Notes: generated from the sequence alone by a model not told the origin. Shown: positions 1-10,071, numbered from the stretch's first letter. The stretch: DNA of 64,000 bases from Patescibacteria group bacterium (GCA_044868145.1 JBIOWE010000004.1:203197-267196), one strand, 5' to 3'. Numbers and translations are program-made.

Positions 1-494
1 GCCTGCCACTTCTTTTGCAATTACCAATTTTGATCGCGCTTTATCAGGTATTCCTTGCTATAGCAAAAACTGACCCTGGAACACACATCTTGATTGATCA
101 GCAATTGCAGCATTTGTATGAACCGCTTCGAGCCCTCTATGTCAGTACGCCGATTCAACCGACTTTTTTTGGCATAATTGATTTGTCCGTAGGTAAAAAT
201 ATCATTCTCGCGTTGCTGACCGCGGGACTTCAATTTTGGCAGTCGCGTATGTTGATGGCACGCACGCCGCAAGTGAAAGATAAAGGCGCGCGCGACGAAA
301 GCATCGCCGCAGGCGTTAGCAAGCAAATGACGTACCTTTTTCCACTGCTCACGGGTTATATCACCTACCAATTTCCTGCCGGACTTGGCTTATACTGGGT
401 CGTGTCAACCGTCTTGACGATTGGGCAGCAGTACTTGGTGTTTCGTCAGATGAAGAAGCCAACGGATACAAAAACGCCCATTGCTCTATCGTAG
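1..494 (+). CDS. yidC: YidC/Oxa1 membrane protein insertase (5' truncated by window edge)
   Basis: Frame is open from the window start. (C)LPLLLQLPILIALY and FPAGLGLYWVVSTVLTIGQQY are YidC motifs. Confidence 0.93.
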   Translation, partial: LPLLLQLPILIALYQVFLAIAKTDPGTHILIDQQLQHLYEPLRALYVSTPIQPTFFGIIDLSVGKNIILALLTAGLQFWQSRMLMARTPQVKDKGARDESIAAGVSKQMTYLFPLLTGYITYQFPAGLGLYWVVSTVLTIGQQYLVFRQMKKPTDTKTPIALS

Positions 495-497
495 TCT

Positions 498-788
498 ATG
501 ACCATAGGACGAAAAGATTTGAGTAAGTTGCCAGTTCAAACGCAAAGCGGGCAGAAACTTGGTCACGTCGTTGACTACGACATTGACGAAGGAACGCATC
601 GCATACTTCGTTACCACATCAAGAGCTCCAAGTTGCTCCAAGAATTATTTTCGGGTGAGTTGATTGTTCCAGTCGAGCGTGTGGTGTCTCTTACGCGTGA
701 CCGCATGATCATCGAGGACGCCGTAGTGAAGGAACAAACCGAGCAGAAGTCCGTGAAAGAAGGCGCGGCAATCCCATTCGCGGATTAA
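498..788 (+). CDS. PRC-barrel domain protein
   Basis: LPVQTQSGQKLGHVVDYDID...LIVPVERV pattern of PRC barrels. Confidence 0.8.
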   Translation: MTIGRKDLSKLPVQTQSGQKLGHVVDYDIDEGTHRILRYHIKSSKLLQELFSGELIVPVERVVSLTRDRMIIEDAVVKEQTEQKSVKEGAAIPFAD

Positions 789-1219
789 CGCCGCGAAACA
801 AGAATCGTTCTCACGTCGTCGCGACGACTGCGCATAGTGACGTTGATGAACTGCCGCGGAGAAATAGCGGGTCGAATATTCCTTCCCCATTCAATTACAA
901 CAACGCAATCTCTTTTTCCGACAACGTCGCGAAGCCCCAACCGTATGCTCTGCGATGGTTTTTGCAGTCGGTAGACGTCTACATGGATAAAAAAACGCAC
1001 ACCGCCCTTTCGTGTGGGGTAGACTTTCACGTAGGTAAACGTCGGGCTTTTTATAGTTTTACGCACATTGAGCCCTCGACCTAACCCGCGGGCAAAGACC
1101 GTTTTGCCCACCCCCAGGTTACCATTGAGAATAATCGTTTCGCCACCGCGAAGCTTCTTGGCTAACGTGAGAGCAATTTTCATTGTCTCTGCCGGGTTTT
1201 TCGAGAGGTATTGTTCCAT
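785..1219 (-). CDS. tsaE: tRNA threonylcarbamoyladenosine biosynthesis ATPase TsaE
   Basis: GNLGVGKT P-loop, SPTF, HVDVYRL, VIEWG. Confidence 0.95.
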   Translation of the reverse strand: MEQYLSKNPAETMKIALTLAKKLRGGETIILNGNLGVGKTVFARGLGRGLNVRKTIKSPTFTYVKVYPTRKGGVRFFIHVDVYRLQKPSQSIRLGLRDVVGKRDCVVVIEWGRNIRPAISPRQFINVTMRSRRDDVRTILVSRR

Positions 1220-1403
1220 AGTGCAACCTATACACTATAGCAAATATTGACCCCACACCAATTTTGCCGCTGGCTTTCTGGAAATGGATGAGAGGGTATT
1301 ACTGACTCTTTTACGGGCAAAGTTGATGCGGTGTTGACACAAAAACGCCGCCTCGTTATACTAGTGAACTTATATTTGGCCATAGGTAGCAAGCTTTCTT
1401 ATT

Positions 1404-2546
1404 ATGGAAGATGAACAAACAAAAAAAGCCATCACGGAATTAATCGGAAAAAGCCGCAATGTTTTGATTGCATTGCCCCAAAACCCCTCGACAGACGCGG
1501 TTGCGTCCGGCCTTGGGCTGTATGCGGCACTCCAGAAAATCGGAAAAAAAGTCCGCGTTGTTTGTGCGGAGTTTTCTTTACCGCCTCACCATCAATTTCT
1601 TCCAAAGAGTAAAGAGATCGTATCCGATTTAACGGCATTGCGCAAATTTGTCATTACGCTCGATACGAACCGCACAAAGGTTGAAGAATTGAGCTATGAT
1701 ATGCATGAAGATAAGTTACATATTTATATCAAGCCGAAAGCTGGGTTCTTTGATCAGCGCGACGTTTCGACGTCGGCGACAGACTACGAATACGACCTCG
1801 TTTACGTTCTGGATGCGCAAACGCTCGAGTCGCTCGGCAAACTGTTTGACGAAAACGCGGAATTCTTTTACCAAACACCAATCATCAACGTAGACCATAA
1901 GCCGACCAATACCTACTTTGGGCAAATTAACATTATTGATCTGGTCGCAACCTCTACTTCTGAAATTCTTTTTGAGCATATTCGAGGTCTTGGACAAAAT
2001 GTTCTCGATGAATATATTGCGACGAATTTGCTTGCCGGCATCATATCCAAAACGAAGAGTTTCCAGAGCATGACGGTAACCCCGCGCTCGCTTGCCATAG
2101 CGAGCCACCTAATAGAGCAAGGCGCGCGTCGCGATGAAATAATCCGCAACCTTTATCAAACGAAGTCTATCGCCGCGCTCAAATTGTGGGGACGTGCGCT
2201 CGCGCGTCTGCGAACCGATCTTGATGGTCGACTCGTGTGGACCGAAGTCACGCGACAGGATTTTGAAATATCCGGCGCCGCAGAGCGCGACCTTGAAGGC
2301 GTAATCGATGAACTGATCATCAACACACCAGCCGCAGAGGTCATTGCCTTGTTCTCGGAGCGAGCGGGAGGCGAGGTTGGAGTCCTCGTAACAACCGTAC
2401 AAAAGGTTGACGCCCTACACCTTTTCCGCGATTATAAACCAACAGGAACAAAAAACTTTGCCAGAATGACGCTGCGTGGCACGACCATGCAGCAAGCACA
2501 GGATGCAATCATCCAGCGCGTTCGGGAATATTATCAAGCACATTAA
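1404..2546 (+). CDS. DHH-family (NrnA-like) phosphoesterase, degenerate motifs
   Basis: NPSTDAVASG, VLDA, INVDHK, ATSTSEI, ATNLLAGIISKT match the DHH layout, with substitutions in catalytic motifs. Confidence 0.75.
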   Translation: MEDEQTKKAITELIGKSRNVLIALPQNPSTDAVASGLGLYAALQKIGKKVRVVCAEFSLPPHHQFLPKSKEIVSDLTALRKFVITLDTNRTKVEELSYDMHEDKLHIYIKPKAGFFDQRDVSTSATDYEYDLVYVLDAQTLESLGKLFDENAEFFYQTPIINVDHKPTNTYFGQINIIDLVATSTSEILFEHIRGLGQNVLDEYIATNLLAGIISKTKSFQSMTVTPRSLAIASHLIEQGARRDEIIRNLYQTKSIAALKLWGRALARLRTDLDGRLVWTEVTRQDFEISGAAERDLEGVIDELIINTPAAEVIALFSERAGGEVGVLVTTVQKVDALHLFRDYKPTGTKNFARMTLRGTTMQQAQDAIIQRVREYYQAH

Positions 2547-2559
2547 ACCAGGAGGAAGC

Positions 2560-2775
2560 GTGGTAACAAAAGAAAGAACGCTCGCGTTGATGCAAAAAGC
2601 CGGCGCGAACGGATTGCACTACACGGACCAAGGTTGCCGTTACGCCGTCCTTGGTATTATGAGCATTCCAGATGTTTTGGAAGGAGATCAATTATTCCTT
2701 GTGGAACAATTAGGTAAGGCCGAGACACAGTACATACCTCTTGCATCGGCTTGCGAGGATCAGTTTTCCGCATAA
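2560..2775 (+). CDS. hypothetical protein (71 aa)
   Basis: GGAGG at 2551-2555 before GTG 2560; fills the intergenic gap. Confidence 0.55.
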   Translation: MVTKERTLALMQKAGANGLHYTDQGCRYAVLGIMSIPDVLEGDQLFLVEQLGKAETQYIPLASACEDQFSA

Positions 2776-2856
2776 TGTGTCAGGCGCTGCGCAATAATCA
2801 CGCGTAGCGCTTTTTCTATACGTGTTAAGGTTCATTTGATATACTGCATGCAGAAT

Positions 2857-4599
2857 ATGGCCAAAAACGAGGACACAATCCATCCAACAACCGATCAGGG
2901 AATTGCCGATCTCATGGGTGAAAACCACGCAAGCAAGCCAGCGGTTGCGTCCGAAGAGCAACAGCAGAAATTCAAAGAAAAGATGCAAGATATCGAGATT
3001 CGCGAAAAAGAGCGAATTGCGCGAGATCGTGCAAACGAACTTGGTATCGGTTATATCGATCTGAAAGGGTTTCCCATAGCGCCGGAAACTCTTTCCTTGA
3101 TTTCGGAAGAGCAAGCTCGAAAGTGTAGAACGGTAGCGTTTTTGCACAGTGGCAATGAGCTCCGGCTCGGCACCATAGATCCGGAAAACCCGGACGTTGT
3201 TGCGTTACTGCATGAACTGGTTGAGCGTGAGCATGTGAATGGCGCGCTGTATTATATTTCCGAACACAGTTTAGAGCATGCGCTGAAAAATTATGCACGT
3301 TTGCCAAAACATATGCAGCAGATCGGCGGTGTTGCAATAAGCGCCGCTGACTTGCAGAAGCACCAGGCGAAGATCGGTAACTTTCGCGACATAGCCGATA
3401 GCGTGTCACGTGTCTCTTTATCGGACGTGATGACCGTCATCATCGCCGGCGCGGTACAATCACGAGCGTCCGACATTCACATCGAGGCCGAGCAAGACGA
3501 CGTGAAGGTTCGCTACCGCATTGACGGCGTTCTCCATGACGTCGCTAGCATGCCGCATGACCAGTGGCCTAAAATTATTAGCCGGATAAAATTACTCGCC
3601 CATTTGAAAATTAATATATCGGACGTGCCTCAAGATGGTCGCTTCACCATTACGTTACCTAAGGAAGAAATCGACGTCCGCGTTTCATCGGTGCCAACTG
3701 CGTATGGCGAAAGCGTTGTGATGCGGTTACTCATGTCGTCGTCCGCACGCTTAACATATGATGATCTTGGCATACAGGGCGAAGCGCATCTTCTTCTCGA
3801 GCGCGAGTTAAAACGTCCGAACGGAATGATCCTTGCAACGGGGCCAACCGGATGCGGAAAAACGACAACGCTCTACGCGCTACTCAATAAACTCAACAGC
3901 CCGGAAACAAAAATCATAACTCTGGAAAACCCCGTCGAATACAAAATTAAAGGAATCAATCAAAGTCAGGTGGACACAAGTCGCGGCTATAATTTTGCAA
4001 AAGGACTACGTTCCATACTTCGTCAGGATCCGGACGTCGTGATGGTCGGCGAAGTGCGCGATCCGGAAACAGCCGAAATCGCGATCCAGGCAGCGCTCAC
4101 CGGACACCTACTGCTTTCGACCATGCATACCAACAGCGCGGCAGGAACAATCCCTCGCCTGCTCTCGATGCAAGTCAAACCCTTTCTGCTCGCACCCGCA
4201 CTCAATGTTATTATCGGCCAGCGGCTTGTCAGAAAGATATGCGAGCACTGTAAGGTTGAGAAAAAAATAGATAAAGAACAGTCATCCCGCGTGCAAGAGG
4301 TTATTGCATCGATGCCGGAACACGCAAAAAAAGAGGCCGAATCTAAACCATTAAAGTTTTACGAAGGGAAAGGCTGTCGAATATGCAGTGAAATCGGATA
4401 CCGAGGCAGAATCGGCGTTTTTGAAGTATTTGTGGTTGACGAAGACGTGGAAAAAATGATTCTCGCAGGACAAATATCCGAGCATGAACTGCAGGGCCTT
4501 GCTGTCAAAAAAGGGATGTTGACGATGGTCCAAGACGGCATCCTGAAAGCGATTGCCGGCGTAACGACCGTCCAGGAAGTGTTTAAAGTAACCGAATAG
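2857..4599 (+). CDS. pilB: type IV pilus / T2SS assembly ATPase (PilB/GspE family)
   Basis: ASDIHIE, RYRIDG, GPTGCGKTTT, LRQDPD, TGHLLLSTMHT, CxxC...CxxC, GYRGR; start may be 2848. Confidence 0.9.
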   Translation: MAKNEDTIHPTTDQGIADLMGENHASKPAVASEEQQQKFKEKMQDIEIREKERIARDRANELGIGYIDLKGFPIAPETLSLISEEQARKCRTVAFLHSGNELRLGTIDPENPDVVALLHELVEREHVNGALYYISEHSLEHALKNYARLPKHMQQIGGVAISAADLQKHQAKIGNFRDIADSVSRVSLSDVMTVIIAGAVQSRASDIHIEAEQDDVKVRYRIDGVLHDVASMPHDQWPKIISRIKLLAHLKINISDVPQDGRFTITLPKEEIDVRVSSVPTAYGESVVMRLLMSSSARLTYDDLGIQGEAHLLLERELKRPNGMILATGPTGCGKTTTLYALLNKLNSPETKIITLENPVEYKIKGINQSQVDTSRGYNFAKGLRSILRQDPDVVMVGEVRDPETAEIAIQAALTGHLLLSTMHTNSAAGTIPRLLSMQVKPFLLAPALNVIIGQRLVRKICEHCKVEKKIDKEQSSRVQEVIASMPEHAKKEAESKPLKFYEGKGCRICSEIGYRGRIGVFEVFVVDEDVEKMILAGQISEHELQGLAVKKGMLTMVQDGILKAIAGVTTVQEVFKVTE

Positions 4600-4627
4600 A
4601 CCTCACGGATAAAAGACCGCGTGCAAA

Positions 4628-5191
4628 TCAAGCGGCCTTTTGTTTTCCCTCTTGAAGCTTTTCGTAATGTATTTTATAGAGCTGCTCTTCCCCCACCTCG
4701 CCGGGTTGATCGCCGTGAACACGCAGCAGGAGCAGCCGAGCGTCTTTAGGGGAAATGTCGCCGCTGAGAATGAAATTCCCTTCTTGATATTCGAGCGCGC
4801 CTTCAGGTACGTCTTCGGCTGTCATTTTTGACTTCGCCGGCGTAACGCGCATGCGGCCTTCGCCCGGAAAAAAACCCAGCGCCGTGTTGGCAGGGAAGTC
4901 AGACTGTTCTTCGTAATAGGAAATAGCACGATCCGGATCAATCGTTGCGTTCGGCCACTCTGATTCCAGCCGGATGGGTGATGAATCGCCTATCAAGTTC
5001 TCAATGGATTCGCCGGCCATACCCCGCCACATCATTTTTTTCTGCTTCATTCGCTCCGCCTCTTCGCCGGTGAGACGTTCGAGCACGTCGCCATATTTTT
5101 GTTCAAACTCCTTCACCCAACGATCATACTCTTCTCGTGAGAGAGTAATGTGCTCCGGCCGCGGCACCTCATATTGTTTATGCGCGGGCAT
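4628..5191 (-). CDS. hypothetical protein, possible ADP-ribosyltransferase-like fold
   Basis: 187-aa ORF starting 2 nt after the valS stop; WRG...ATIDPDRAISYY...EGNFILSGDI spacing resembles ART folds (inference). Confidence 0.6.
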   Translation of the reverse strand: MPAHKQYEVPRPEHITLSREEYDRWVKEFEQKYGDVLERLTGEEAERMKQKKMMWRGMAGESIENLIGDSSPIRLESEWPNATIDPDRAISYYEEQSDFPANTALGFFPGEGRMRVTPAKSKMTAEDVPEGALEYQEGNFILSGDISPKDARLLLLRVHGDQPGEVGEEQLYKIHYEKLQEGKQKAA

Positions 5192-5192
5192 A

Positions 5193-7586
5193 TTATTGAT
5201 TGGTAATGATCGCATACTGCAATTCCTCCAAGGAACCGTCCGGCTTCAGATCAGTATTGTTGACTATCTGAAGGCCCTGGAGGCGCGCCATAGTCTTTAT
5301 CCACGAACCGTTTTGTTGCACTAATCCAGCGTTTTTGCCCCAAACGGTAAGTGACACACTCGTCTCTTTACTAAGGTTACGTTCTTTGCGGTCGTTGCGC
5401 ACGCGAACAATCAATGCCTGCAAGATCGCCATTTGTTCCTCTGATTTTTCATCAAGTAGTTTTTTTTCGGACTTTGGCCAGGGTTGAATTAAGAGCAGTG
5501 TACTATCCTGTACGTTCCCCAGCCGCGACCAAAGCTCCTCCGTGACGTACGGAGCAAATGGATGCAGGAGCGTCAGAACGGTTTTGAGCGCATGGAGCGC
5601 CAGCCCAAAGTTCTGTTCAGACTTCGAAATCTCAACGTACCAGTCAGCAAATTCGTGCCAGAGAAATTCATAGATGCGCGTGCCCGCTTCCGAGAAGCGA
5701 AAACGCTCAAGATCTTCAGTCAATTCTCGAACTACAGTTTGCAGCCGGCTCATGATCCACTTGTCGGCAAGCGTATGAACTGACGGCGCTCTTTCCGCCC
5801 GTCCTTGGTCTTTGCTTACTACGAAACGGGCGACGTTCCAGAGTTTATTAATGAAATTGCGGTAGCCCGCGATTTTTTCTTCGAAGAGTCGAAAGTCCTG
5901 ACCCGGTTTTGTACCGAGCACGAGAGAGAGGCGTATCGCGTCCGTTCCGTATTTTTCCGTCATAGGGATCGGGTCAATGCCCGTGCCTTTGGATTTCGAC
6001 ATCTTTTTTCCGTCCTTGTCGAGAACGAGGCCGTGGAGATACACGGTACGGAACGGTACCTCTTTAAGAAGATATAAACTCATCATGATCATGCGGCTCA
6101 CCCAGAAAAAGAGAATGTCCCACCCTGTTTCCATAACCGACGTCGGGTGGAATATTTTCAGGTCCTTGGTTTTTTCCGGCCAGCCGAGCGTGGAAAATGT
6201 CCAGAGCCCGGACGAAAACCACGTATCTAGGGTGTCCTCGTCTTGGATAAATTCATGGGTCTTGCAGCGTGGGCATTGAGTCGGTTTTTCCGCAGAGGCA
6301 ATTGGTTTACAATTGTGCAGCGGTTTTTTGCAATACCAAATTGGAATTTGGTGGCCCCACCACAGTTGGCGCGAGATGCACCAGTCGCGAATATTCTCCA
6401 TCCAGTGAAAGTATACTTTTTCGAATCGCTCTGGGATGATGCGTATTTTCTTTTTTCTGACCGCCTTGATCGCGCGTTCGGCAAGTGGCTTCATTTTCAC
6501 GAACCATTGCAAGGAGACAAGCGGTTCAACCACCGCACCGCACCGATCGCATCGTTCGACATTATGAACATATGGCTGTTCTTTTTCAACAAATTCCCCC
6601 TCCTTCAGCTGGCGGAGTATGTTTTCTCTGCAGGCCTTTATGCTTTGGCCGAAGAATTCGCCTGCTTCTTTGGTCATTTTGCCGTCAAAGCCAATGACCG
6701 ACGTGATCGGTAATTTGTGCCTTACGCCAATTTCATAGTCGAGCGGGTCGTGGCCAGGTGTTACTTTTACTGCGCCAGTCCCAAAGTTCATATCCACCTG
6801 TTCGTCGGCAATAATGGGTATTTCTTTTTCCTTGATAGGCAAGAGAACTTTCTGGCCGACAAGATGGCTGTAGCGCTTGTCATGCGGGTTGACCGCAACC
6901 GCCTCATCGCCGAGCATAGTTTCCGGACGCGTTGTCGCAACGGTAAGATATTTCGTTGTGCCAAAGAGCGGGTAGCGAAGGAAGTACATCTTACCTTGTT
7001 CTTCTTGGTGCTTTACTTCCAAATCAGAAAGCGCCGTACGGTCATGCGGACACCAGTGGATGATCCGATTGCCGCGATAAATTAATCCATCGTTGTAGAG
7101 TTTGATAAATGCGGTCTGCACGGCCTTCGTTAATTTCGGATCCATGGTGAAATGTTCACGCGACCAGTCGCACGATGCGCCAAGTTGGCGGATTTGTTTT
7201 GTAATATGGGATCCGTATTGCTCCTTCCATTCCCAGACTTTTTCCAGGAATTGTTGCCTCCCAAGTTTGTGACGATTCATTCCCTCTTTTGCGATCATCT
7301 TCTCTACCATGATTTGTGTCGAGATCCCAGCATGGTCCGTGCCCGGCAGAAATAGTGTTTTATCGCCCGTCATCCTATGCCATCGCGTCATAATGTCTTC
7401 AATGGTCAAACCCGTGGCGTGCCCCAGATGCAAATCGCCAGTCACGTTTGGTGGCGGCATGCTTATGGAAAAGGACTTTTTCCGTTTGCCAGGTAGTTTA
7501 TCAGGATTAAAAAAACCGGACGATTCCCAGCGTTCGTAAATATTCTGCTCCACTGCCTTTGGATTGTAGGCTTTTTCAAGATCCAT
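5193..7586 (-). CDS. valS: valine--tRNA ligase
   Basis: PPPNVTG-HLGH, DHAGISTQ, DWCISRQLWWGH, KMSKS. Confidence 0.98.
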   Translation of the reverse strand: MDLEKAYNPKAVEQNIYERWESSGFFNPDKLPGKRKKSFSISMPPPNVTGDLHLGHATGLTIEDIMTRWHRMTGDKTLFLPGTDHAGISTQIMVEKMIAKEGMNRHKLGRQQFLEKVWEWKEQYGSHITKQIRQLGASCDWSREHFTMDPKLTKAVQTAFIKLYNDGLIYRGNRIIHWCPHDRTALSDLEVKHQEEQGKMYFLRYPLFGTTKYLTVATTRPETMLGDEAVAVNPHDKRYSHLVGQKVLLPIKEKEIPIIADEQVDMNFGTGAVKVTPGHDPLDYEIGVRHKLPITSVIGFDGKMTKEAGEFFGQSIKACRENILRQLKEGEFVEKEQPYVHNVERCDRCGAVVEPLVSLQWFVKMKPLAERAIKAVRKKKIRIIPERFEKVYFHWMENIRDWCISRQLWWGHQIPIWYCKKPLHNCKPIASAEKPTQCPRCKTHEFIQDEDTLDTWFSSGLWTFSTLGWPEKTKDLKIFHPTSVMETGWDILFFWVSRMIMMSLYLLKEVPFRTVYLHGLVLDKDGKKMSKSKGTGIDPIPMTEKYGTDAIRLSLVLGTKPGQDFRLFEEKIAGYRNFINKLWNVARFVVSKDQGRAERAPSVHTLADKWIMSRLQTVVRELTEDLERFRFSEAGTRIYEFLWHEFADWYVEISKSEQNFGLALHALKTVLTLLHPFAPYVTEELWSRLGNVQDSTLLLIQPWPKSEKKLLDEKSEEQMAILQALIVRVRNDRKERNLSKETSVSLTVWGKNAGLVQQNGSWIKTMARLQGLQIVNNTDLKPDGSLEELQYAIITNQ

Positions 7587-7604
7587 GCCACTATTGTAAC
7601 ATGT

Positions 7605-7684
7605 AATCCGTTACCCGTAACCGGTAGTACGAACATTGACACACATTCATGCTACAAGCTACCAGCTACAGGTTACGAGTTACC
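7605..7684. repeat. degenerate heptamer tandem repeats in opposed orientation
   Basis: gtaatcc/gttaccc/gtaaccg followed by gctacaa/gctacca/gctacag/gttacga/gttac. Confidence 0.55.
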
Positions 7685-8732
7685 GTCCAATCTCCCAATT
7701 CGGATCCGCGCTTAAGGTTTCGAGTCGTGCGAACCTTTTCGGTTTGTAAGCGAATGAACCGGCCATCGCAATCATTGTTGCGTTGTCCGTGCATAACGGC
7801 AGAGGCGCAACATGGAGCGTGATTGAGCGATTGAGTTTAGACATGTTCGTCTTGAGCGTCGTTCGGAGTAAGTCGTTTGCGGCCACGCCACCAGCAAGCA
7901 GCACGGAGCGCACTTTTTCTCGTTGCGCAGCGCGAAGGGTCTTGGCGACGAGGACGTCAACCACGGCTTGTTGAAACGACGCACAGAGGTCAGCCAGAAA
8001 ACGCTTATTGCTTATGGCGTATTGTTTATTGTTTTGTAAAAAGTAGAGTACCGATGTTTTGAGCCCAGCGAAGCTGAACTCGAGATTCGGCTTGTCAATC
8101 ATTGGCCGGGGAAAACGCAATGCGGTCGAGTTGCCGTGCTTTGCGAGTTTTTGTATTATTGGTCCGCCGGGGTATGGGAGCTTGAGCATCTTGGCAACCT
8201 TATCAAACACTTCGCCAGCGGCGTCGTCGCGCGTGGATCCAAGGAGTTTGTATTTGTTCCACCCGTGCACATGCAAGAGCTCCGTGTGTCCGCCAGACAC
8301 GATTAAAGCCAGCGCCGGAAATTTTGGCAGACTTACGTTGCGAAAGCCAGGACCCTTCACTGGCCATGTCGAGAAAATATGCCCCTCGATATGATTGACA
8401 GCTATCAGGGGTTTGTTCCACCCGAACGCTAGCGCCTTGGCCGTTTCGACGCCCACCACCAGGGCAGTCATAAGTCCCGGGCCGGCAGTAACTGCGATAG
8501 CATCAATGTTGTTGTGCGCCACCTTTGCCTTTTGCATCGCAAAGGCAATCGTAGGTATAATTGTTATCGCGTGCTCGCGGCCGGCAACTTCCGGCACGAC
8601 GCCGCCATGCTTTCGGTGAGTCGGAATCTGTGTTGCGGACAGATGGCTACGCGCAACAAAATGGTCGCCGGTTCGCTCTACAACGCTTACCGCGGTTTCA
8701 TCACACGACGTTTCAATAGCAAGAAGCTTCAT
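7680..8732 (-). CDS. tsaD: tRNA N6-adenosine threonylcarbamoyltransferase TsaD
   Basis: LAIETSCDET, HGGVVPEVA, NHIEGH, SGGHT, DDAAGE, FSFAGLKT, CTDNATMIA. Confidence 0.97.
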   Translation of the reverse strand: MKLLAIETSCDETAVSVVERTGDHFVARSHLSATQIPTHRKHGGVVPEVAGREHAITIIPTIAFAMQKAKVAHNNIDAIAVTAGPGLMTALVVGVETAKALAFGWNKPLIAVNHIEGHIFSTWPVKGPGFRNVSLPKFPALALIVSGGHTELLHVHGWNKYKLLGSTRDDAAGEVFDKVAKMLKLPYPGGPIIQKLAKHGNSTALRFPRPMIDKPNLEFSFAGLKTSVLYFLQNNKQYAISNKRFLADLCASFQQAVVDVLVAKTLRAAQREKVRSVLLAGGVAANDLLRTTLKTNMSKLNRSITLHVAPLPLCTDNATMIAMAGSFAYKPKRFARLETLSADPNWEIGR

Positions 8733-8809
8733 TTTATGTTGACTAACAGCCAATTTTCAGTTACAATCGCACTGTAAGTTTGAGAGCGTTGAATAATTAT
8801 GAAACGCTC

Positions 8810-8875
8810 TCATCCCGAGCAAAGCGAGGGATCTCATGGGCTGACCTAACAGACCCCTCACTGCGTTCGGGGTGA
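8810..8875. repeat. REP-like palindromic element (TCATCCCGAGC...TTCGGGGTGA type)
   Basis: Imperfect inverted repeat tcatcccgagcaaagcgagggatct / agacccctcactgcgttcggggtga. Confidence 0.65.
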
Positions 8876-8915
8876 AACTGTTGAATGATTCAACAGTTTC
8901 AGTTTAGTCATTTTC

Positions 8916-8993
8916 GCCGCCATCGTCTAGGCCGGTCTAGGACGCCAGGTTTTCATCCTGGTAACCCGGGTTCAAATCCCGGTGGCGGTACCA
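8916..8993 (+). tRNA. tRNA-Glu(TTC)
   Basis: Cloverleaf; anticodon arm ccagg-ttTTCat-cctgg; GTTCAAAT T-loop; CCA encoded. Confidence 0.96.
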
Positions 8994-9135
8994 AACATCG
9001 TATCAGCTTTTTGACCCAGCGGGTCATCCTCCGATGGAGGACAATTCCCCGCGCGTCGTCCTAATAGCCTAGTTACAGCAGCTTGAAAAGTCAGGATAGA
9101 CGAAGAGTAGCCACTTATGATAAACTAATTTTCGT

Positions 9136-9411
9136 ATGCCAAGATATCTTGTTGAGGTTCAACACGAAGACACGGTGGGTGAGTGTGATCGAGCGGCGAG
9201 ACTGCTGCTTGAACGAGGATCACATTTTCTGACGAACGCTGATTTCGGCTGTGAGGATGGGGTACACTGTGCGTGGATTATTTTTGAAGCGAAAGATAAA
9301 GATGAGGTACGCAACACGCTGCCGCCGATCTACCGCCCCCAAGCCAAGATTATTGCGTTGAACAAGTTTACACTTGAAGAAGTAGACCGACTCAAAAAGA
9401 AACACACATAG
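9136..9411 (+). CDS. hypothetical protein, small alpha/beta (ferredoxin-like) fold likely
   Basis: Clean 91-aa ORF preceded by TTGAAA...TAAACT-like promoter elements; HCAWIIFEA motif. Confidence 0.7.
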   Translation: MPRYLVEVQHEDTVGECDRAARLLLERGSHFLTNADFGCEDGVHCAWIIFEAKDKDEVRNTLPPIYRPQAKIIALNKFTLEEVDRLKKKHT

Positions 9412-9610
9412 GCCGACTTCAGAAAAGATCTCTACGGGAATGGAGAAACTTTTTGTTGGCCGATATTAGTTGTTTCTGCGGTGTGCCGGGGAACGTCCGC
9501 CGACCTGGTCCTAGACAAGACCCAGGATGACTGGTTGGCGCTGTCAGGACCAAATCCAGGTGGCGGTAATGAGGAAAAACGTTGGCCGCAAGGGTAAATT
9601 TTAGGACTCT

Positions 9611-9973
9611 ATGTCCAATAAAGTCTTTCTTAACCAGCAGGGATTTATTGAGGTTCACTCCATCGGAGATCAGACCCCCGATGTGGTCACCAGTACGAAG
9701 CAGGAGTTGGCAGTGTTGGCCAAGACACTCAGTGCCAGGGGCAAGACAGTTAACATCCTGACTGATCTTCGAAGGATTGGAAAGCAGACGGGCGCCTCGC
9801 GTGCACTGGCTAAGGATATTATGGATACCATACCGTTCCGCAAAATCGCCATCTTTGGTGCCAACCGATTCCTGAAGTATGTCGTGAACTTCATTATCAC
9901 AGGTTCTGGCCACGGCCACCATGTTCGGTACTTCAATGACCATCAATCTGCCGAGACGTGGTTAAAGACATAA
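9611..9973 (+). CDS. STAS/SEC14 (SpoIIAA-like) domain protein
   Basis: ILTDLRRIG...SRALA...KIAIFGANRFLKYVVNF...VRYFNDHQSAETWL pattern. Confidence 0.78.
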   Translation: MSNKVFLNQQGFIEVHSIGDQTPDVVTSTKQELAVLAKTLSARGKTVNILTDLRRIGKQTGASRALAKDIMDTIPFRKIAIFGANRFLKYVVNFIITGSGHGHHVRYFNDHQSAETWLKT

Positions 9974-10071
9974 GTCCTCCCCTGACGTTCTTCTGTAGCC
10001 TGGGCAAGGAGGAATCCCGTTCGTGCTACCAGCCAGTCTTACTTCATTATAGTGGGCACATGAATCCTTTC

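Noticed and set aside
9419-9946. 175-aa minus-strand ORF
   Set aside because: Mostly antisense to the STAS/SEC14 gene; the remainder is better explained as structured non-coding sequence
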